Assembly: GCA_951406725.2 (NCBI GenBank)
Contig: OX597828.1
Location: 35,650,001-35,714,000, forward strand
Source: Octopus vulgaris
Taxonomy: Eukaryota
Direction: 5' to 3'
Length of the DNA: 64,000 nucleotides
Shown here: positions 56,155 through 64,000 of the stretch, one piece after another
Position numbering within the stretch: position 1 is the first letter of the stretch
Layout: each line of letters begins with the position of its first letter
Translations under genes and position numbers: made by a program
Notes under the pieces: model-generated
What the model was told of the DNA's origin: nothing
Database searches by the model: none
Seen by the model: the letters and a program-made list of their open reading frames with translations, nothing else

Positions 56155-57766
56155 TTACTAGAGCTGGAACGTATACTCAAATTAATGTCTTGCAGTATAA
56201 TTCCCAACTCTGAAAGTTTTGTTTTCTGATCTGCCCAAGATCGACCTTTGATCAACAGAAGCCCCACCTGTTTTTGCTTTTAGTTTTTGTATGTTGTAAC
56301 CCATCTTTTGATATTATCCTCCATGTTCTGGGCCCTTGAGGCCAATAAAAGAAATCATTATTACTATTATTATTATTATTATTATTACTAATATTACAAA
56401 GAAAAGAAGAAAGAAACGTAATCTTTTATCGAGAGATACTGGAACGTTATTCCAATATAATAATGGTCTCTAATACAAGCACAGAACAATTTAAAGTAAG
56501 AGGAATCGGAGAATTTTGCATCAACCCAAGTACATGACTGGTACTTGCTTTATTGCCCCCCCCCCCCGCTCACGACAGCCTGTAGATATACGTAGTATAA
56601 CAATAGCCACAACAACTTGGAGCTTTTCCTCCTACTCCCTACATCTCCCCCCTCTCTCTCTCCCTCTCTCTCTCTCTCTCTCACTCTTCGCTCTCAACTC
56701 TCTCGCTTTTGTTTTCTCTTTCACTGAGCCATGTACTCCACCGGTGTGTATTTAGAAATTAGGCACAAGAAGAAGGACAGAGTGAAAGCAAAAAAAAAAA
56801 AAGAGAGAGAGAGATAGAGAGAGAGAGAAAAGAAACAGATATAAATAGCGGCGACCACCACTCACACATATACGGCCCATAGCTTGTTAAGTAGAACAGA
56901 AATCCAACCAGATGTTCATTTATTAATGAAGCCAAGAGGACGATTCTGAGAAGGGCAGGTAACTAAGGACAGCACGGCTACAGAAGGGAGACAACCGAGA
57001 GCTCTTTGATAATTACGTCTTTCTCAAGCATAAATAAAATGAAGTCATTCAACATTCTTTAAGTAATACAGCCACATATTTTACAAGAAGTGTTTAAGTA
57101 AATCAGCCAATACAGTATCTAATAAGTATTCGATCGATCCTGGAAAGATGAAAGGTAAAGTTGACCTCGGCAAGATTTGAATTCCGGGATGACAAGGAAC
57201 ATAACTAATCACAAGGCAATTATTATGGCCCTTTATCAATTATGCCATCCACCGTTTTAAAATAAAGATATTGATAATAATATTAATAATCACAATAAAA
57301 GCTTTATTTATTTATAATTTAGTTCGTTGTTATTTGTTTTTTGTTTTTTTTGTGTGTTTTTTTAATCACCAGATTTGTTTGTTTTTTTTTCTTTTTGTAA
57401 GTTAAATACTACTGATGTGGTATATCAAAAATATATACACGTTGTTAGGTAATGGGAGATGGAGTGAATCAGATAAAAAAAAAAAACGGTAAAAAAAAAA
57501 ATATCCAAATAAAAAATCAAAGAATCAGAAACAAAACTGAACTGGATTTTGAGGAAAAAAAATATACAAAAAATTCAAAAATAGAATTGCTACAAAAAAT
57601 TTAACAAAAAAGAAAGTAAATAAAATAGTTAAAAGAAATTCTTTCTCAATGTTTTTCTTTTTTAAATATTAAGAGTAAAGTGTTCTCTCTTATTTTTCTT
57701 TCTTTTATGTAATATTAAAATTTTTTTTGTGTGTGTGTAAATAAAAACAAAATTATCACGCTCCAT

Positions 57767-58257
57767 TTATTGGGTTTGCATTGTGTTGGTGGTGGTGGTG
57801 GTGATCGTCGTGTTGGTTGTGGTGGTAGTGGTGGACTTTTGCAGTTGGTGAGGGTCTTTTACTGCACCCACTGTTGATATTGCTATCATCGCTGCTGCAG
57901 CTGCAATTCCTGTAGAAGCTTTTTCAGGTGATAATTGTACAAGGGGTAGAACAGGTGTTACTGATGGAGGATCTCTTGGTTCCACTGAAGTTGTTGTTGT
58001 TACTGTTGTTGTTGTTGATGTTGCTGATGCTGTTTCTCCTGATGCTGTTCCTGGTCTTGCTGTTCTTGTCCTCGTTGGCAATGGATCCACCTTTTCACTA
58101 TTACGATGTCTGCATATCAGAAGCTTCAGATCACCTTCAGGCAGGAACTTCAGGTGGTTCCAAGCATGGAAGTGGCGCTGATTTCTAAAATCTTCACCAT
58201 TCACCTCTAAGATTTCATCTCCAACTCTCATTTCACCACACTTGTCAGCAATGCCAC
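57767..58257 (-). CDS. Terminal coding exon of the pro-IL-16/PDZD2-like PDZ protein
   Basis: Acceptor tttttag|GT, phase 1. GGIADKCGEMRVGDEILEVNGEDFRNQRHFHAWNHLKFLPEGDLKLLICR completes the PDZ. The 'RIFKG...F.AWN..K.LP.G' signature is typical of the IL16/PDZD2/bbg last PDZ. A Thr-rich tail and TAA follow. Confidence 0.88.
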
Positions 58258-58534
58258 CTAAAAACAAGATGAAAAAAAAAATTAAAAGAGATAATGAGAA
58301 TAATAAAAATAAAACAAATTATTAAATTAAAAACTAAACCTTAAGCTGAATTTAAAGACTTACCATGCAAAACCTAACCAGGTTCAATGACCATTTGTCA
58401 TGAAAAATATCTAAACTTTATACTATTTGTATAAATGCCTGCTACATTCTTTGTTAATTCATTTTATTATGTAACAATTTATCACAGATTTAGACTATGT
58501 GTGTGTGTGTGTGTGTATGTATGTATATATATAT

Positions 58535-58748
58535 TCTCTTTTTCTCTTTTACTTGTTTCAGTCATTTGACTGCGGCCATGCTGCAGCACCCCCTTTAATC
58601 AAGCAACTCGACCCCGGGACTTATTCTTTCGTAAGCCCAGTACTTATTCTATCGGTCTCTTTTGCCGAACTGCTAAGTAACGGGGACGTAAAAACACCAG
58701 CATCGGTTGACAAGCAATGCTAGGGAAGCAAACACAGACACACAAAAT

Positions 58749-58783
<35 letters not shown>

Positions 58784-58937
58784 CATATATACGACGGGCT
58801 TCTTTCAGTTTCTGTCTACCAAATCCACTGACAAGGCTTTGGTCGGCCCGAGGCTATAGTAGAAGACACTTGCCCAAGGTGCCATGCAGTGGGACTGAAC
58901 CCAGAACCATGTGGTTGGTAAACAAGCTACTTGTCAC
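58535..58937 (-). mobile_element. SINE family C in a PDZ-gene intron
   Basis: Highly similar to 59221-59609. Confidence 0.85.
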
Positions 58938-59220
58938 ACACACACAACTACATATACATATGTGTGTGTGTGTGTTCGATATTATCTGGGGAATTACCTC
59001 ATAATAACCTCATTTGAAGGCTACAATACTGTTGTTGACTATCATAAGCTGGATCATATTTATGTAATTATTTATAAAACAAATTTATGTAATGGTACAA
59101 GAATGGAAACTCAGCAACTAGCAGCCGTTGCCACACCACAGAAACAAATGTTGTAATTTGTGATTAAAACCTATTTATTCCATCTTATTGTTGTATAAAT
59201 TTTTATGTATGCATATATAC

Positions 59221-59609
59221 TCTTTACTCTTTTACTTGTTTCAGTCATTTAACTGCGGCCATGCTGGAGCACCGCCTTTAGTCGAGCAAATCGACCCTGG
59301 GACTTATTCTTTGTAAGCCCAGTACTTATTCTATCGGTCTTTTTTGCCGAACCGCTAAGTGACGGGGACGTAAACACACCAGCATCGGTTGTCAAGCAAT
59401 GCTAGGGGGACAAACACAGATACACAAACACACACACGCATATATATATATACATATATACGACGGGCTTCTTTTCAGTTTCCATCTACCAAATCCACTC
59501 ACAAGGCTTTGGTCGGCCCGAGGCTATAGTAGAAGACACTTGCCCAAGGTGCCACGCAGTGGGACTGAACCTGGAACCATGTGGTTGGTAAACAAGCTAC
59601 TTACCACAC
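59221..59609 (-). mobile_element. SINE family C in a PDZ-gene intron
   Basis: Highly similar to 58535-58937 and 48555-49030. Confidence 0.85.
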
Positions 59610-59984
59610 ATATATATTAATGTTTGTTTTTATGTGAAGTTAAGAAGAAATTGAAAGATCATTCAGAATATTTTAGAATACATATTTATCAATTTTAACA
59701 AAGAAATGGTTGACAGCGGCTTCAAAGTATCAGCTTATAAACCATCATTAGACTGTATTTTACTTTGGTATTTCTGCCAAAACTAAATATTAAAAAAATG
59801 AGAAATATCAAAGTAAATCACAGCTTGGTGACAACTTATTGAGCTGAAACTTTGAAGTCCCTATCAAATTGTTCTTTATAAAAATGAATGTATGTGTGTG
59901 TGTACTAATTATTCTCAGTTGAAAAACAAAAGAGAACATTCAACTAAAAATTCTATGCATCATAAGGCATAGAATTTTACATAA

Positions 59985-60213
59985 TTTATCCCTTTGGTGT
60001 TCAGATTATTCTGTCAAATGTGATGTTTGTTTATTTATATTGTTTTGAATTAATCATGCATTATCTTGTAGTTTAGAGATTTCAGTGATGTGATTATTTT
60101 AGTTTTAGAATGACATGGTAGGGCTGAGGTGAGAGGCAAGATCTGGTCAGTTTCAATATAAAACAGGTTAAATATTTTGGCCGGATATGGCCAGTTTGAA
60201 TGCTAAAGGGTTA
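59985..60213. mobile_element. Possible degenerate piggyBac-type MITE
   Basis: Ends ttatccctttggtgttca / tgaatgctaaagggttat resemble TTAA-CCCTTT TIRs. Confidence 0.35.
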
Positions 60214-60518
60214 TTCATAGTTTGTGTTTCTAGATTTATAATCCATATTTTTGTAAAGACTGAATACTCCCCTAGAGATGCTGGTCTTCTTATGAAAGAT
60301 ATTCTAAATTGTAGAGAGATAAATGCTGTGAATAAATTGTATGAGAAAGAAAGAAAGAAAGAAAGAAAGGGAGGCAGGAAGGAAATAAAGAAAAAAGTAA
60401 GATAAATGGATAGATAGACTGTTAGATAGTTGAGGAGAGAGAGAGGTGAGGAAACAAACTAAGAAAGATTGTGTAAGTAAGAGAGAGTGAAACAGTGAGA
60501 TATGAGAATAAACGTTAC

Positions 60519-60638
60519 CTTTGAATATTCGCTTCACAGAAATTGGTCGATCTCCAAGAGGACATCCAATCCCTCCGCCTAGACTGAAGCCTAAACCGGT
60601 TACCCCTTTACGCAGGGTAATCTCGAAGGTTTCAGAAT
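60519..60638 (-). CDS. Internal exon of the multi-PDZ protein; N-terminal half of the last PDZ domain with the GLGF loop
   Basis: Not in the ORF track. Acceptor ccctttttag|AT and donor AAAG|gtaacg. 120 nt, phase 1 to 1. Translates (D)SETFEITLRKGVTGLGFSLGGGIGCPLGDRPISVKRIFK(G). Confidence 0.9.
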
Positions 60639-60702
60639 CTAAAAAGGGAAATAAATGCTTAAATAAACATTGTACGAAGTATTGAAGTAGAGATTTATTA
60701 TA

Positions 60703-61052
60703 CGTGTTCCAGTTGATCCGATCAATGGAACAGCCTGCTCATGAAATTAACACGCAAGTGGTTGAGTACTCCACAGACACGTGTACCCTTAACGTAGTTC
60801 TTGGGGAGATTCAGTATGACACAGATGACAAATGGCCCTTTGAAATACAGGTTCAACAGAAACAGGAAGAAAGAGTGAGAGAAAGTTATGGTGAAAGAGT
60901 ACAGCAGGGTTCGCCACCACCCCTTGCCGGAACCTCGCAGAGCTTTAGGTGTTTTCGTTCAATAAAGACTCACAATGCTCAGTCTGGGAATCGAAACCAT
61001 GATCCTATGACCATGAGTCCGCTGCCCTAATCACTAGGCCATTGTGGCTCCA
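60703..61052 (-). mobile_element. SINE with a family A head and a family B tail
   Basis: About 60860-61052 matches the family A 5' half; about 60703-60850 matches the family B 3' half. Confidence 0.7.
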
Positions 61053-61644
61053 CAGAAATTTATTAATCAAAACATCAAACAACGGAAGAACATGTGAAAG
61101 AAAGAGTGGCCATGATCAGAACAACCCTAACCATGACTCATCTTGTTTAGGACTGACCTAGGGCTAAACAACAGCACTACTGCTGCCTTTATCAATGAAG
61201 CCTATATGTAGTTACTTGACCATCCATAAATAGCAGCCAAATCTCCATCAAATCAAAGCCAGTCATCTTAGAAATATGAAAGACACACTGATTAAGATAT
61301 CGTTTGACACTCTGTTTGAAGAAAGATGGAATGGTCAAAGCGGGAATGTCTTTGATTAGAAGATCTTCTGGATCATCGCAAACCTGAGGTCAATGAACGA
61401 CAATGACAGAGGGATACAAAACAATGTGGTCATTTGATCTGTTAGAAATAGCAGCCAAATCTCCTTCTTGTTATACTTTATTATCATAAAATATGAAAGA
61501 AACATTGAAAAATGCATTTCTAGATGGGTTGGTCATGAATGGAACCTCTTTGATCTGTGGTCAATAATGAAATGAAGCTAAACAACTAACAGTGACAATA
61601 ACAATACAAAAACACCAACAATAGAATAACAAAACTGTAATGCT

Positions 61645-62287
61645 GTGAGCTGGCAGAAACATTAGCACACCGGGCGAAATGCTTAGTGGTATTTCGTCTG
61701 TCTTTACATTCTGATTTCAAATTCCACCGAGGTTGACTTTGCCTTTCATCGTTTCGGGGTCACTAAATTAAGTACCAGTTGTGTACTGGGGTTCAATCTA
61801 ACTGACTGCCCCACCTCCCTCAAAATTTTGGATCTTGTGCCTAGAGTAGAAAAGAATATTTAAGGTGGTGACCTGGCAGAAATGTTAGCACACCGGGCGT
61901 AATGCTTAAAAGTATTTCGTCTGTCTTTAAGTTCTGGGTTCAAATTCCATCGAGGTCGGCTTTGCCTTTCATCCTTTCGGGATCAATAAATTAAGCACCA
62001 GTTGTGTACTAGGATTGATCTAATTGACTGGCCCCCAACTCCACATTCCCCCCAAATTTCAGGCCTTGTACTTAGAGTTGAAAAGAATCGTTAGTACAAA
62101 GGGCAAAACATTTAGTGGCATGTCATCCATTTTCGCAGTCTGAGTTCAAATTCTGCCAAGGTGAACTTTACCTTTCATCCCTTTCCAGGAGGCTGAAACA
62201 AGTAACAGCTGAGTACTATGGTTAATGTAATCAATTTATCCCCACTTCCCCGAAATTGCTGGCCTTGTGCCAAAATTTGAAACCAAA
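61645..62287 (+). mobile_element. Three head-to-tail SINE family D copies
   Basis: Units start at about 61645, 61862 and 62085; each has gcctttcatc..agtaccag and ends ccttgtgcc. Confidence 0.8.
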
Positions 62288-62317
62288 CTATAACAAACAA
62301 ATACCATCAACACTCAC

Positions 62318-62498
62318 CTTCGCCGACAAATGGTCTGGCCAACAGAAGTATGATTCTCGTGGCAGTGGTTTGTAGCAAGGTTTTCATGTCCATCACAGTC
62401 TGGTTCCATGCTGGTTTGTCATTCATGTAAAGCAGTAAATCTCCTTCGTAGATATACTGTTGTCGCTTCGCAGCGCCATCTGGCTCTAACAAAGAGAT
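62318..62498 (-). CDS. Internal exon of a multi-PDZ protein (pro-IL-16/PDZD2-like); C-terminal half of the penultimate PDZ domain
   Basis: Acceptor tttgttttag|ATC and donor GAAG|gtgagt. 181 nt, phase 0 to 1. Translates ISLLEPDGAAKRQQYIYEGDLLLYMND...RIILLLARP (PDZ GxA..GD.ll.vN pattern). Splices in frame to the next exon. Confidence 0.85.
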
Positions 62499-62611
62499 CT
62501 AAAACAAACAAAAAAGTAAAGGAAAACAAAAAAAATTAATACAACAAAGCTAATTTATAGTTTTTTGGTGAACTGACAATGTACAAATGGAAATGGAGTA
62601 CACAGTATATA

Positions 62612-62641
<30 letters not shown>

Positions 62642-62644
<3 letters not shown>

Positions 62645-62943
62645 AGGTGCAATGGCCCAGTGGTTGGGGCAGCGGACTCGCAGTCTTAGGATCGCGGTTT
62701 CAATTCCCAGACCGAGCATTGTGAGTGTTTATTGAACAAAAACACATGAGGCTCCAGTAGGGGGGGGGGGGCGATCCTTGCTGTACTCTTTTGCCACAAA
62801 TTTCTCTCACTCTTTCTTCTGTTGGCCAGCTCACTTAGCCAGTGGGGTGCTGTCATTTGAAGGCCAAAACGATGCGAAGTGCATTGTGACCAGCGATGTG
62901 TACCAACATCTGATAGCCTGGTCAGTCACTGTGATCACGGTGA
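62642..62943 (+). mobile_element. tRNA-derived SINE, family A
   Basis: A box tggcccagtgg and B box-like ggtttcaattcc. Homologous to 21635-21897. Confidence 0.8.
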
Positions 62944-63041
62944 GATATATATATATTCTGAATTTGTGTAAAGGTGTATAGAATATATCAGTTGAATAAA
63001 GTTACAACATGGTCTGGTTTTCATGTTATTTTATTATTGCA

Positions 63042-63151
63042 TTATAAAAATTATAAAAATTATAAAAATTATAAAAATTATAAAAATTATAAAAATTATA
63101 AAAATTATAAAAATTATAAAAATTATAAAAATTATAAAAATTATAAAAATT
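63042..63151. repeat. Perfect 9-bp tandem repeat (TTATAAAAA), about 12 copies
   Basis: Direct inspection; it produces the KNY repeat in ORF 62974..63201. Confidence 0.95.
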
Positions 63152-63864
63152 TTTTTGCAATTTTGAAGTGTGTTAAAAATTTTAAAATATATATTTTGTA
63201 ATATTCATAAAATTCAGTTAGCGCTTTCATACATTTGTAGTAATTATCAGGTTTCAAAATGTATTTAAGTGACAGGTGGGTACTTAACAACTGTAGTAAA
63301 ATGATTGACTTCTTCCATTTCATACCTTTTAGAAGACTCCAACAAGCTGAATTTTGGGAATACGGTTTTGACCACTCAGCATGCCACTTAAACATCATGG
63401 TTTGATGAGCACACCGATATTACTGGCATGGGTGGGACCATATATATTTATATATACATACATGATAGCTGCAAACTCATGTTTGAGTATTGTCATCATC
63501 TGATCAAAAGTCTCACACATGCGAAGGTTATGATCAGTCATTTTTGTGATAGGTCTTACCATTTTTTTTATCAAGTGATGCCTGTGTATGATGATTTTTT
63601 TTGGTAGTGGGGAAAGGATTTGCACAAAACCAATCCTACTACTCTGGATATGGACGTCATAAACTTAGAAAAAAGAACTAGTCTACATCATCAAATGTTG
63701 TCAGTGTTGCAGGTTTTCTCTCAGAGTTTCCGTCTCTAAGAGAGATGTTTTGACAACAAGAGGGGCCTCCTACTCCCAGTGAGTCAATCATGTGCCTGGA
63801 CACCAAGCCAGGTATTTCCACATCCTTAAACAAATATATCTATTTGTCTATTTATCTGTCTGAC

Positions 63865-63908
<44 letters not shown>

Positions 63909-63909
63909 A

Positions 63910-64000
<91 letters not shown>

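Noticed and set aside
63141-63625. Minus-strand ORFs as the upstream PDZ exon
   Set aside because: There is no GLGF-type PDZ N-terminal half; the upstream exon probably lies beyond the window.

Overview
AT-rich, microsatellite-dense animal genomic DNA. The SINE, RTE and mariner content looks like an Octopus (cephalopod) genome; this is an inference. Almost all ORFs in the supplied track are translations of microsatellites. Supported coding sequence: the last three exons of a minus-strand tandem-PDZ gene of the pro-IL-16/PDZD2/big-bang type (62318-62498, 60519-60638, 57767-58257), plus weaker plus-strand exon candidates of a convergent gene (5013, 12856, 28947, 50042). Mobile elements: one full-length dead DD34D mariner (10235-11462), other mariner and hAT relics, R4/Dong-like LINE tails in (TAA)n, RTE-like tails, and several tRNA-derived SINE families. 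The most notable signal is a recurring class of short non-coding fold-back insertions at (TA)n or (AAT)n tracts. Several carry minimal hammerhead-ribozyme motifs of the Penelope-like type that read outward from the hairpin centre. In two cases the hairpin loop is a copy of DNA 0.6-1.2 kb away, and in one case the element has a tRNA-like Pol III head. A 1.7-kb array of about 40 TTCCTGGAAAGTTCC cores with variable purine spacers lies between the two convergent gene ends.
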